The notes: generated from the sequence alone by a model not told the origin. 63,990 nucleotides of DNA, filler included, from Thermoplasmatota archaeon (GCA_041623215.1; 7 parts of 7 records of this genome joined end to end with filler, not necessarily neighbours in it); one strand, 5' to 3'. Counted from the whole stretch's first letter, positions 40,081-51,947 are shown. Numbers and translations: made by a program.

Positions 40081-42618
40081 CAGGACATCGGCATCGCCGT
40101 CACCAACGCCACCGGAAACGGCGTGTGGCAGTGGAGCAGCGACAACGGAACGTCATGGATGAACATCACGGGTGCAACGGATGCCAACAGCATCCTGGTC
40201 CCCCACGACGCGTTGCTGCGTTACGTCCCCGATGGCGTCAACGGCGAAGTGGCCAAGGTCGTGGTGCGGGCGTGGGATGGAACGCATCCGACGCCGGTGC
40301 AAGTGGCTGCTGGCGACCGGCATTCGTGTGCCGTGCTCTCGGATGGCACGGTGACGTGCTGGGGCAGTGATGCCTATGGTCAAGGGTCGCCACCCACAGG
40401 CGTCAACACCACAGTAAACGGCGGCACCACCGCCTTCAGCGCCGCCGCCCACGACCTCACAATCGACGTCACGGAACTGGAAGACGCCCCCATCTTCGGC
40501 GACCTTGGGGATGGCGGCGTCACAGGCTTCGAGCACACAACCCTGACGTTCAACGTCACCGCGACCGACCCCGAAGGCCTCGCCGTTACCTACGCCCTGA
40601 CGGATGCGGCTGGCACCAACGCCACCATCAACGAAACCACGGGCGTCCTGTCCCTCTGGGGAAGTGAAGCGCTTGGCGGCATGAACCTCACCTTCACGGT
40701 GACGGCCAACGCCACCGGCGCCGACCACACCGCGACCACGGTATGGTTCAATGTCACCGAATTCGATGACCTGCCCATCTTTGACCCCGCGGCCGGTGTC
40801 ACCGGGCCCGAACACACCCTGCTCGGTTTGCAAGTGGGCGCCACCGACCCCGACGGCGTGCCGGTTTGGTTCAGCATCAGCGACGACGGTGGCAGTGGTG
40901 CCACCATCGACAACGTGACCGGCATGGTCACCTTGAATGCCAACGAAACCCACGGCGGCAACAACTACACCGTCACCGTGCAAGCCAATGGCACCGCCGG
41001 AGGAGCCGACGCGGCGTTCACGACCATTTGGTTCAATGTCCTTGAAGTGGACGACATGCCCGACTTCAGCGACCTTGGAGCCGGCGGCGTATCGGGCCTG
41101 GAGCACACGTTGCTGACATTCAACGTCACCGCAACGGACCCCGAAGAGCTCCCCGTCACCTACACCCTCACCAATGCCAACGGCACAAACGCCACCATCA
41201 ACGAGACCACGGGGGTTCTGTCCCTGTGGGGCAGCGAGGCCCTTGGCGGCATGAACCTCACCCTGGAAGTGACCGTCAATGCCACCGGCGCCGACCACGC
41301 TACCGTGGATGTTTGGTTCAACGTCATCGAAGTGAACGACTTCGTGGAACTCACCATTGACCCGCTGCCAGGCAACCACACGCCGCCAGAATTGTTTGAA
41401 GATCCGCAGCTCAACGATACAGTGCTCCTGTACGCGTTTGCGTTCGAGCACCAGGAATTCGGCTTCGTCCTGAACGGAACCGATCCGGAAGGTGCAACCG
41501 TGACCTACTGCTTCGTCCATGATGATTCGCCTGATGCACCCTTCTCGGTGAGCGCATGGCTCACAGCCGAACGCGATGTGCCATCAGATGCAACCATCAA
41601 TGGCGTCCCCGCATGGACGCTCAACACGACCACCGGCGAATTCCGCTGGACGCCCACAGAATCGGACGGCATGAACATGACCGACCCCGAAGGAGGCTCT
41701 GAGCCATACCCCGGGCTGCACTTCTTCTGGCTGTGCGCCGACGATGGGGAAACGCAAACACTCCAATCCTTTGCGTTGCTCATCTACGAAACGGACGACG
41801 CCCCCGTCTTCGACACCATGCCGTTCCCGGTGACCGAACGGGTCCGCCGCACCATCAATGAAACCGTGGTCGCGAGCGACCCCGAAGGTGGCCTGGTCAC
41901 CTACAGCCTGCGAAATGGCACCGAGGGAGGGGTTCCCGACGGCCTCACCATCAACGAAACCACGGGCCAAGTGACCTGGGAAATTGGCAGTCGTCAGCGA
42001 GGCACATTCATCTTCGACATTTGTGCCCGCGACGCGCCGGCGCCCGCCGGACTCGAGACCTGCCACACGACCCACATCCTGACCCGGAGTTCGGGCGGCG
42101 GAGGCGGCGGTGGAACGCCGCCCCCGACCGGCGGCGGAGGTGGCACGTTGCCGCCGGAAGATGGCACGGGCGGAGGCGGTCAAACCGGCGACCGCCTGGG
42201 CCTTGACGACATCACCGACAGCGACGGCGACGGCCTCGATGACGTGGACGAAGTAGCCTTGGGCACCGACCCATTGGACCCCGACACGGACGATGATGGG
42301 CTCGTCGACGGCGATGAAGGCCTCTACCGCGCCGACCCCCTGAATCCTGACACCGACGGCGATGGCCTAACGGACGGCGACGAGGTGCACCTGCACGGCA
42401 CGCGTCCGGATCTGTCTGATACGGATGGCGACGGCTTTGCAGACGGCTTCGAAGTCGCCCAAGGCCGCGCGCCCGTAGACGAGGAGCAGCCCGTCGATGA
42501 CGCAGAATCCAAGGGTGGCAAGGGCTTCCTGTGGGTCTTGCTGCTCCTGGTGCTCGTGGCGGCGGTTATTGGCGGCCTCATCGCCTGGCGAAAGCATCAG
42601 GAAAGCAGGGAAGAGTAG
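40081..42618 (+). CDS. Surface adhesin-like glycoprotein with cadherin/Ig repeats, Ca-binding DTDGDG repeats and C-terminal TM anchor (5'-truncated)
   Basis: Repeated ATDPEG units, many N-x-T sequons, poly-Gly linker, DSDGDGL/DTDGDGL repeats, hydrophobic helix followed by RKH. Confidence 0.85.
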   Translation, partial: QDIGIAVTNATGNGVWQWSSDNGTSWMNITGATDANSILVPHDALLRYVPDGVNGEVAKVVVRAWDGTHPTPVQVAAGDRHSCAVLSDGTVTCWGSDAYGQGSPPTGVNTTVNGGTTAFSAAAHDLTIDVTELEDAPIFGDLGDGGVTGFEHTTLTFNVTATDPEGLAVTYALTDAAGTNATINETTGVLSLWGSEALGGMNLTFTVTANATGADHTATTVWFNVTEFDDLPIFDPAAGVTGPEHTLLGLQVGATDPDGVPVWFSISDDGGSGATIDNVTGMVTLNANETHGGNNYTVTVQANGTAGGADAAFTTIWFNVLEVDDMPDFSDLGAGGVSGLEHTLLTFNVTATDPEELPVTYTLTNANGTNATINETTGVLSLWGSEALGGMNLTLEVTVNATGADHATVDVWFNVIEVNDFVELTIDPLPGNHTPPELFEDPQLNDTVLLYAFAFEHQEFGFVLNGTDPEGATVTYCFVHDDSPDAPFSVSAWLTAERDVPSDATINGVPAWTLNTTTGEFRWTPTESDGMNMTDPEGGSEPYPGLHFFWLCADDGETQTLQSFALLIYETDDAPVFDTMPFPVTERVRRTINETVVASDPEGGLVTYSLRNGTEGGVPDGLTINETTGQVTWEIGSRQRGTFIFDICARDAPAPAGLETCHTTHILTRSSGGGGGGGTPPPTGGGGGTLPPEDGTGGGGQTGDRLGLDDITDSDGDGLDDVDEVALGTDPLDPDTDDDGLVDGDEGLYRADPLNPDTDGDGLTDGDEVHLHGTRPDLSDTDGDGFADGFEVAQGRAPVDEEQPVDDAESKGGKGFLWVLLLLVLVAAVIGGLIAWRKHQESREE

Positions 42619-42677
42619 GCGTCCGGCGGCCTGCCCAAGTCCGAGTCCTTAAAGGTGACTCAAGAAGTGGGTGGCCC

Positions 42678-45600
42678 ATGCACGGGCCGCTGCGGTACTC
42701 TAGTGGAGCCGCGTTTGCCACGACCGCCATAATTCTGCTTTTGGCAGCAACGTTTGCCTCGCCGGCTGGCTCAGCGCAGGACGTCATCACCGTCAGTATC
42801 GGGCATGGCGTTCCGGTCATTGAAGGTAAGGCGCAGAATATTCGAGGAAATCAGCCGGTTCCGGTGGCGGCGAATGAGGTCTTGCAAACAATTGCGTTCC
42901 CGGTTCGGTTGTCGCAGCCGTATTTGACGAATGTCGAGGTTACCGTAGCTTTCACGGGCTATGGTGAATTTCCGGCATTGGGGCATGATGCTCCGGCCCG
43001 CACATGGCGCCAGACAGTAACCATTCCGGATGGTGAGACGGAAGCCACCGCTCACTTCGAGGTTTTTGCAGGCTATTGCCCGGAGGCCGATGAAACCTTG
43101 GAGGGGTACATTGAAAGTGCCAGTACCGGGGTCTTGGTCAATTCGGCGCGCGGTCGCAGCACGATCATTGACGACGACAACAATGATGCGTCGTTTGCAC
43201 CGGGTACACCGGCTAGTTTTACGTTTGACACCGACTCGCCGGGAGAGTTTTGGGTTAGTGCAATTGACGGTGACATGCCGAATATTCATGGCCAGTCCTG
43301 GTCGCCGCTCGGCGACCCAACAACGAAGCCGCATCAGAATCGGCAGCGTTTGAATTTCCTGACGGGTGATGGCGTGCCAGATTGGCTGGAAGTGCAGGAC
43401 ATGGGCAATGGTTCGTTGCGCCTGAAAAATGACCTCACGGTCGCAACGGGAGGCACTTACTTCCTGAATGTCACGCTGACCAACACGTGGCACTATTCGG
43501 TACCGCATCCGCCTGAGGCCGCTGGTCAGGGTGTCAATTGCGGGGAGGGAATTGTTTTGTCGCGGGAAACGCGGCAGTTCCGTATTGACCGCGACAATGT
43601 CAATGCTGGTCCCACCTGGGACGACGTTGACACGAACTTCCTCGGCGGCAGTGTCAATGAGTTGGAGACGCCTGAGATGCAGCCGTTTCGTTTCACGGTG
43701 GGTGCGGTGGATTTCGAGGGTACGGATGTGACCTATTCTCAGATTTCTGGGCCGTCGGTGTTGATTGAGCCCTGGGGCGACACGAGGTACGCCAATGTCA
43801 CGTGGAACATGCCCACTGAGCCGGAAGGCCCCGGGTCATTCGTCTTCACGTTCCGCGCCACCGATGAGGACGGGGCCTACGCCGACCACGATGTGACGGT
43901 TCACGTGCGGGAAGTCAACCGGGCCCCGGTCCAAGCGGCCCACGCCGACCAATCGACGCCCGAGATGGAAGTCTTCACCTACACGCCTGCGTCGCCGGGT
44001 GCCACCGACCCAGACATTCCTGCAAACATGTTGTTTTGGTCGCTCGTCAGCGGTCCGTCGGGCAGCTCAGTGGACGCAGCCACAGGAACCGTCACATGGA
44101 ACGGTCCTGGCGAGGCAGATGACCGCCCCGCCCCCTTCCAGTTCCTCCTGCGCGTGACCGACGATGGCACGCCGCCCCTGTCCCATGACCAACCGCTCAA
44201 CGTGTACGTTGTCGAGGTCAACCGGCCGCCCTCCATGTCCCCTATCACGGATCAAGTGGTGGACGAAGGAAGCCGCGTCGAAGTCGATGCCGAGGCCACG
44301 GACCCGGACATTGTGAACGGCGCCGCCGACGAGTTGACCTACAGCGTTTGCTCCCCGCACCAATTGCCTTCGGGCGGCGACTGGGGCATCAACGCCGCGA
44401 CAGGTGAATTCTACTGGAACACGTTGGAAGCGGATGGCCCCGGCAATTACACGGTGACCATTTGCGCGACGGACGGCGAATCGACGCCCGTGTCTGCCAG
44501 CTTTGTCATTGAAGTCATCGAGAGCAACACGGCTCCGGTCTGGAGCGACCATCAGGATCGAACCATTCCCGAAGAAGTCCTGGCAGATTTTACCATCAAC
44601 GCCACCGACCCAGATGACCCGCCTTCCTTTGTCACGCTCACCAAGCTTTCGGGGCCCGCCGGCCTTTCGTTTTCGCAGGAAGGAAGTGGACGCGGACGCG
44701 TCCAATGGACGCCCACAGAAACGGATGACCCCGGGCCCTATGACTTGGTTCTCCGGGCCAGCGATGGCGTGGAAACGAGCACCGTGACCGTGCGCCTAAC
44801 AGTCCAAGATGTCAACGTTGCGCCCGATGTCAATCCAATTGGGGTGCTGAGCGCTGAACAAGAAGGCCAACTCGTGACCTTTGACGCGGATGCCGTCGAA
44901 GATGATGTCACTAATGGCGTCCCCGACAGCTACACCTTCAGCTTGTCAAGCGCGGCACCACCTGGGTCCAGTATTCACCCGGTCACAGGGCAGTTCAGTT
45001 GGACGCCATCGGAAGACCAGGAAGGAATCTGGGACTTCCACGTCATTGCAACGGACACCCATGACGCCTTCGACGCTGAACCGGTTCGCATCATTGTGGA
45101 CGAGGTTGACACGACCCCCAGCCTTGATTGTCCTGCGTCCTTGTCGCGCGACGAAATGTTGCCCTTCAGTCTTCTTGTGACCGCGACGGATCCGGATACA
45201 ACGGGCGGCTCGCCGCAAGGCCTCACCATCAGCATGGTTGGGTCGCTGCCGCCGGGGGCCTCTTGGACGCCCGACAACGCCGCGCGCCAGGGAACCTTTT
45301 CGTGGACGCCGGGCGAAGGCGACGACGGCAGTTACACCCTGCATTTCCGCGTCACCGACGATGCCGGTCTGCAACAGAATTGCTTCACCGCCTTGACCAT
45401 CAACGAAGTGAATCGGTTACCGACGCTCCTCGTGAATGGCCAACCGTCTGACGCTTCCTTTGCCGTGGACGAGCGAGACACCATGACGGTCCTTCTCACG
45501 TCCAGTGACGGCGACCTCGTTGGTGGCTCCCCCCAGGACCTGACTTGGACCCTGGTTAATGGACCTGGCAATGCCACCCTGACGCCCACCCCCGCCGACC

Positions 45601-48600
45601 CCGACAACCGGACCTTCACGTTCACGCCCAGCGAGGCGCAGGGAGGACCCACCACCTACCGTGTCAACGTCACCGTCAGCGACGGCGTTGCCACGGTGCA
45701 ACGTCAACTGGTAATCTCCGTCAATGAAGTGCCCGACCCGCCCCTCATGGACGCCATTGCCAGCCAAGTGGTTGCGGAAGGAGACAGCGCGGCGCCGGTC
45801 TTCATCAACGGCTACGACCAAGACATTCCCTCCGACCCCTTGACGCTCAGCGTTACCGGCTTGCGAAGCGGCATGGTGTTTCTGAACAACGGCGACGGCA
45901 CCGGCTGGATTTGGTGGAACAACACCGGCGAAGACGACAACGGCGAACACATGTTCACTGCCGCCGTGAGCGACGACGACGGCTCTGCGACCCGGTCCTT
46001 CTGGATTAATGTCACAGAGCTCAACGCGCCTCCGCACTTCCTCAATGACCCCAGCAGCTGGGGCGGCAACTACCCGGAGAACGAGCCGGTTGGTCCCTTC
46101 ACGGCCACGGCTGCGGACCCCGAAAACGACCCCCTGACGTTCTGTCTAGAAGCGGTTCCAGGCGGCGACCCAGTACCCGCCGGAGCCTCAATCCATCCAA
46201 CCACCGGCGTGTTCACTTGGACCCCGTCGGAAGCCCAAGGGCCAGGGACGTACACGTTCAACGTGTGCGTCACCGACTCCTTTGGTCTCAAGGACGCCGT
46301 GGCGGTGACCTTCGTCATTGATGAGGTGCAAAGCCCGCCCGTCATTGACGACTTGGAGGACCAATCCGTATCCGAATGTTCGACGGTTACGGCCGACGCC
46401 AACGCCACAGACCCGGACCTGCCCGCGCAGACGTTGGTATTCAGCCTAGGCAGCGGCAGCGCAGGGACCATTGACCCTGCCACGGGATTCTGGTCCTGGA
46501 CCCCCTGCGAAGCGGACAACGGCGTGCACACCATCACCGTCATTGTCGGCGACGGCAGTATGCCCACCAACCTCACCGACAGCACGTCCTTCCAAGTTGA
46601 TGTGGGCGAGGCGAACCTGCCTCCGAACTTCCCACCCGGCCTGGATGGTGGCTCCTTTACCACCGACGAACACGCAACCTGGACGCTGGATGCTGAGGCC
46701 ACGGACGATGACTTGCCCGCGCAAACCCTCACCTACAGCAAGGTGAGCGGCCCGGCGGGCCTCACCATTGGCTCGTCGTCCGGCTTCATCAGCTGGACGC
46801 CTGGAGAAACACACGGTGGCAGCCCCCACGCCGTGACCGTCAAGGTCACAGATGGCCTCGATGAGGTCACCGCCACATTCACGGTCACCGTCGTAGAAAC
46901 CAACGAAGTGCCGACGTTGACGGCCACGCCGGCAACAGGAACCGCCGACGAGCATCAGCCAGTGACGTTTACCGTCACAGGAAGCGACGCGGACTTGCCG
47001 ACCCAATCGCTGACGTATTCACTTGGCGGCAACCCGCCTCCCAGCATGAGCATCAATGCCGGCACCGGCGCCATTACGTGGACGCCGGGTGAAAGCGAAG
47101 GCGGCAACACTTACTCCTTCTCGGTCACCATCGCCGACGACTGGTCGCCGACGCCCGCATCCGCAACCCAAGCGCTCACGTGGGCCGTTCGAGAAGCAAA
47201 CGGTCTGCCCGTGTGGAACTCCACGCACGGCACGCCGGGCGGTGACGAATCGTCGCCTGAGGAAACGCTTCTTTCCCTGGACCTAGGCGCCACCGACACG
47301 GACGAGGTCGGAGGCTCCCCGCAAACCCTGACCTTCTCGCTAGCGGCGGCGGCGGGCAGTCCGGCGCTTCCGTGCCTGCCTGCCTGCTTCAATACTGGTA
47401 CGGGTGCCTTCAGCTGGACACCCACGGAAAGTCAGGAAGGCAATTACCGCGTCACGGAAACCGTGAGCGACGGCGTCGGCAGCGTGGCGAGGACCTTCTG
47501 GATCAACATCACGGAAGTTCACACGCAACCGGTTGTCTCCCTAACGGGTCCGGGCAGCATCGACGAGCACACTACCCTAACCCTGAGTCCCACAGTCGCC
47601 GATGACGACGTGCGTGGCGGCGTAGCTGAGTCCCACGTGTGGAGTCTCAGCCAAGCGCCGGCCGGGGCCACCATCGATTCTGCGACCGGAGAAATCACCT
47701 GGGTCACGAATGACTCGCATGGCAACAACGGGCCCTATGTCTTCACGGCGGTTGCCACGGACGGCACTGGCCGCAGCGGCTCCGACAGCGTGGCCGTGAC
47801 GGTCACGGAAACCAACGAAGTGCCAATTTTGGCCGTCCCCAATGCCGTCATTGACGAGGGTGACTTCTACCAAGCCCAGGCCGTAGCAACCGACGGCGAC
47901 ACGGACCCCGCCGATACGCTGAGCTTTGCTCTCGTAGGGGCACCTGCGGGGCTGCAAATCGGGCCTAACAATGGCACTCTGTGGTGGCAAACGGACGAAG
48001 CTGACGACGGCATTTACCACTTCAACGTCAGCGTCAATGACACCAAAACCACCGTGCTTGACGCGGTGACGCTCACGGTGCGGGAGTTGGGTGGCGCGCC
48101 CCGCTTTGTTGACCTGCCGGACAGCCCCCTAACGTTCCCCGAACTGCAAGCCTTCGCGCTGACCTTCTCGGCCAGTGACCCGGAGGGTGACGCGCTCACC
48201 TTCAGCATGGATGCGCCACCAACCGGCGCCAACATGGCAAGCAACGGCACCTTCACATGGACGCCGGCCGAAGACCAAGATGGCCTCTACGAGGTCACCT
48301 TCCGCGTTACTGACGAAGGCGGTCTGGGCGATGCCGCCCTGATGACCTTGAACGTCACAGAGGTCAACACAGCACCCGAACTAGCGCCGATTGCAAACAT
48401 CACGGTCCTGGAAACGCAGCCCATGAGCCTGACGGCGTCGGCAACGGACCCGGACCTCATCGCTGGCGCGCCGCAAGTGTTGGCCTTCAGCAACGTGACT
48501 CCCCTTCCGTCCGGCGCTACGCTTGACGCTGCAACTGGTGAATTGGCCTGGACGCCTGGCTCCGGCGACAATGGCTCATACCCGGTGACCCTACGCGTGA

Positions 48601-49411
48601 GTGATGGCCAACTGACGGACGACGAATCCTTCACCATCCACGTGGGCGACTTCAACCAGCCGCCCGAAATGGATCCGCTTCGCGACCGCAGTGTTCGCGC
48701 CGGTCGGGAAATCTGTGAAACCTTCGTGGCCAGCGACCCCGACGGCGACCCCCTGACGTTCAACGTCACCGGAGGCAACGGAAACGTCACGCAAAACGGC
48801 AACGAAGCTACTTGGTGCTGGCAGACCGAGCGCAGTGATGCTGGCGTTCATACCATCACCGTGGTTGTTAGCGACGGCAGCGCGACCGCAACCCAGTCAT
48901 TCGATGTCCGCGTCCGCGCCGGCGGCGGTGGCGGTGGCGGGGGTGGCCGCGTGCAACCACGTGAGGTGGATGCCACCGCCGGCAACGATGGCCCCATCCG
49001 CTGGATTCGCGATGCGGGCAACAAGGACCTGTCCTTTGCGCAATGGTCCCCGGGCGGCGTCGCCGCCGTCAGCGCCGTGCTACCTGACTTGCCGCCGGGC
49101 TTCCGCGCCTTCGACTACGCCGTGTTGTTTTCAGGGGAAGAAGGCGACGTGGTGCAAGTGCATGTCGACACCAACGCCGTTGTCCTTGGCAACTTCACGC
49201 ACCTTGGTGCCCTTCGCCTCATGGATGGCTCCTGGGTTCCCGCGCAGGCCGCCTTGGCGGGCATTGTATGGGATGGCGACCAAGCGACGGTGGACATTAT
49301 GCTACCTTGTTGCGGCGTTTTCGTATTGGGTCAAGATGACCAGTCTCCACTCCTGAACGTGTGGCCGGGCGACGGCGAGGGTGGCAGCCGCACAGATTGG
49401 CGGATTGTTGA
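42678..49411 (+). CDS. Giant surface protein with roughly 15-20 tandem putative Ig/cadherin-like domains (3'-truncated)
   Basis: Signal peptide; Calx-beta-like N-terminal domain; repeats with ATDPD...GxFSWTPxE...VxEVNxxP; poly-Gly linker; TATA-like TTAAA about 27 nt upstream. Confidence 0.9.
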
Positions 49412-49511
49412 NNNNNNNNNNNNNNNNNNNNNNNNNNNNNNNNNNNNNNNNNNNNTTAATTAATTAANNNNNNNNNNNNNNNNNNNNNNNNNNNNNNNNN
49501 NNNNNNNNNNN
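49412..49511. other. Artificial contig linker
   Basis: N-run/TTAATTAATTAA/N-run. Confidence 0.98.
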
Positions 49512-49712
49512 AGGACTACTGTTTCACTCGCTCATTGGCGAGTGGTTGGAACCTCGCCGAGGGCAGCTTGCTGCCCTCGGAGGCCGGCCGGGTCACTTGT
49601 GGCCCGGGCGGCGGGACCGCGGTTCGAATCCGCGCAGGACTACTGGTTCACTCGCTCATTGGCGAGTGGTTGGAACCTCGCCGAGGGCAGCTTGCTGCCG
49701 TCGGAGGCCGGC
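49512..49712 (+). repeat. Direct repeat (77 bp, period 124 bp) of hairpin-rich units containing a tRNA 3'-end copy
   Basis: 49512-49588 and 49636-49712 differ at only 2 positions; 49615-49642 GACCGCGGTTCGAATCCGCGCAGGACTA is a T-arm plus acceptor strand. Confidence 0.85.
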
Positions 49713-49807
49713 ACCATAGACCCCGGCCCCCGGGCCCGGCATCTGCGTCCGGCGTCAGAGGAAATGCACGTCAAGCCTTAAGTCGAAACAAGCGCCCGGC
49801 CAGGGAC

Positions 49808-50050
49808 GTGCTTGTGCATCGCGTGGAAATTCTTGCCCGACTTGGAACTGGCCATTACAAGAGTGCTACCGGCGACATCGAGGTCTTCGATGACGGTGGG
49901 ACCTGGTCGCTCCATTGGCGCCGGAAGCACGGCGACGTGATGCTGGCGGGGCTGATGGACCGCAAGCGCTTGCTAGCCGCCGTTGCCATGAACCACGGCT
50001 TGCACCTCATTATGGACGTTGAAACGCAGCCAACCGCCTCGGCGGCCTAG
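49808..50050 (+). CDS. Small hypothetical protein
   Basis: GTG start about 27 nt after CTTAAG; 80 aa. The upstream part of the listed ORF lies in the repeat and is probably non-coding. Confidence 0.5.
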   Translation: MLVHRVEILARLGTGHYKSATGDIEVFDDGGTWSLHWRRKHGDVMLAGLMDRKRLLAAVAMNHGLHLIMDVETQPTASAA

Positions 50051-50097
50051 ACCAAAACCATCCTGGCACCGCGTGCGTACGATTGGTGGCCGCGGGC

Positions 50098-51894
50098 CTA
50101 GGATTCGTTGAGGCCGGACGCGCCCATTGCATTGTGGGCGGCAGCTTGGTATGGTAGGTACGGCAGGCGAACGCCAGCCACTTCAGTTGGCTCCGGGGGC
50201 GTGTTCATCCAGTCACAGCCGACGGGCGGGTTGAAGATTGTCCGGTCGTTTTTGTCAAAGAGGGCACATGGTACGAGCGTGCCCAGCTTCGGACTTGGTG
50301 GCTTGTACTGGGCGCGGACCACTTGGTAGGCGGCGTCGGCGCCGGCATCGTCGAGGCTGCATGGGGGCAAGACGGCCGGGTCGCTGAGCACGAACCCACC
50401 GCTGGCTACGTTGTCCTGCCAACAATTTCCGGCCCCCGCTTCGTCCCACCAGAAGTCGAGCCCGTTGTGGTCTTGCGGGCCCGTTACGTCACCAGTGGGA
50501 TTCACGCTCTTGTTGAAGCCCATCACGTTGCCGTAGAATTCGTTCCAGTGGCTTGTGTCCACTACGAGTGCCGGATCGTATTCGTCGCGCAGGGGGGCCG
50601 GGACGGTGAACAGCATCATGCCATAGCGGTGGTTGTCCCAAACGTGGTTGTAGCGGAACGTATTGTTGTTGCCGCCTGCCACCAAGAGACCGGTCCCGAC
50701 CGGCAATGGAACCACGGGGCAAACCGTTCCATTTTGGATGCCGCGTTCGGCCACGGGGCGGCCGCAGTAGTCCTCCTTGCCGTAGTAACCGTAGTTCAGA
50801 TAGTGGTTGACATTGTTGGAGTAAATCTCATTGTATTCGAACAGGCTGGAGTCCTGGGGCAGGCCAGGGTGCCCGGGGAACAGGCTGTCCATGGCAAGGC
50901 CGGCAGCGTTGTTGTAGAACTTGTTGTGGTGAACCCAGACGTTGTTGCCGGCGGTGCCCGAGTAGCCAAGCGCATTGTCATGTAGGTCGCAGTTGCGAAT
51001 TTCGACACTGAAGGGGCCGAGGCCATCGGCGCTGCGGATGCCTTCGCCGGGATATTCGCTGGCGCTACCGGGGTACACACCTGAGTCGCCATTGGCGTAG
51101 GCTTCGCAATGGTCGATGAGGACGGAGTCGACGGCAAAGGTGAGGATGCCATATTCCCAGTTGTTGCTGGCGGTGACGTTGTCGAGGACCACGCCGTCAC
51201 TTTCCAGGACGTAAATGGCATTGAATTCGGTCTCCTTGAAGTGCATGTTCTTCAGGTAGAAGCCGCCGACGCGGTCAAGGCGGATTGCGTTCAGGCGGCT
51301 AAAGCCCGCTTCGACGACCGTGTCTTCTGCTTCATGGCCAACGCCTTCGATTTGTAAGTCGCAAAGACGCTCAATGGAGGGGTCTCCGTCGCCGCAGAAA
51401 ACGCCGCTGTCAGCCGGGTCATCGCCGTTGATACCGATGAGGGCCTGCGCCGTTGGGCACGCGAAGTGGTTGGCGTAGGAGATGATGCCACGTGGGCTGC
51501 CGCACGCGGTGCTGCGACTTGGTTCCTCGTGGTAGACGCCCGGCAGGACGTAGATATTGGCCCCTGGCCCTGTTACCGCGTCCACTGCGGCTTGAATGTG
51601 TTCGAAGCCTTCGTCGGCGCAACGGTCCAGAAGTTCCCCAGCGTGGGGCGCAAAGGCCGGTGAAAAGTCAGCCGCCAAGAGGCCTTGGCCGGCCTGCTTG
51701 CACACCACCAGCACCTGGTGACTGTGGTCATGGCCATCGTCGAACGGGCGATAGGCTGGCACGCCACGAAGGTCGCCATCGGGGAAGTCCACCTCGCGCT
51801 CACTGTGGCCACTCGCGGACCACGCGACGGTTAGGATGAGCAGGCTTGCAGTCAGGAAGGCTTTGCCACGCACGACGGCCACCGCGAGCGCCAT
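50098..51894 (-). CDS. Secreted right-handed parallel beta-helix protein
   Basis: Signal peptide, IQAAVD, repeated N/G ladder motifs (NNWEYGI, NGDSGVY, NALGYSG, NAAGL, NHRYGM). Confidence 0.82.
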   Translation of the reverse strand: MALAVAVVRGKAFLTASLLILTVAWSASGHSEREVDFPDGDLRGVPAYRPFDDGHDHSHQVLVVCKQAGQGLLAADFSPAFAPHAGELLDRCADEGFEHIQAAVDAVTGPGANIYVLPGVYHEEPSRSTACGSPRGIISYANHFACPTAQALIGINGDDPADSGVFCGDGDPSIERLCDLQIEGVGHEAEDTVVEAGFSRLNAIRLDRVGGFYLKNMHFKETEFNAIYVLESDGVVLDNVTASNNWEYGILTFAVDSVLIDHCEAYANGDSGVYPGSASEYPGEGIRSADGLGPFSVEIRNCDLHDNALGYSGTAGNNVWVHHNKFYNNAAGLAMDSLFPGHPGLPQDSSLFEYNEIYSNNVNHYLNYGYYGKEDYCGRPVAERGIQNGTVCPVVPLPVGTGLLVAGGNNNTFRYNHVWDNHRYGMMLFTVPAPLRDEYDPALVVDTSHWNEFYGNVMGFNKSVNPTGDVTGPQDHNGLDFWWDEAGAGNCWQDNVASGGFVLSDPAVLPPCSLDDAGADAAYQVVRAQYKPPSPKLGTLVPCALFDKNDRTIFNPPVGCDWMNTPPEPTEVAGVRLPYLPYQAAAHNAMGASGLNES

Positions 51895-51947
51895 CGCTCC
51901 GGGGGCTTAAAGCTGAAGGCCACGGCCGAAACCCAGGGACGGGTGGC

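Noticed and set aside
10337..49411. Single island of giant surface proteins
   Set aside because: They lie on separate contigs, so linkage cannot be inferred; repeat-rich genes also tend to end up on short contigs.
49590..49642. Complete tRNA gene
   Set aside because: Only the T-arm and 3' acceptor strand are present; there is no matching 5' acceptor strand, D-arm or 7-nt anticodon loop upstream.
49512..49712. Possible CRISPR array
   Set aside because: Only two copies of a 77-bp unit, too long for a CRISPR repeat; the intervening sequence is tRNA-like and no cas genes are visible.
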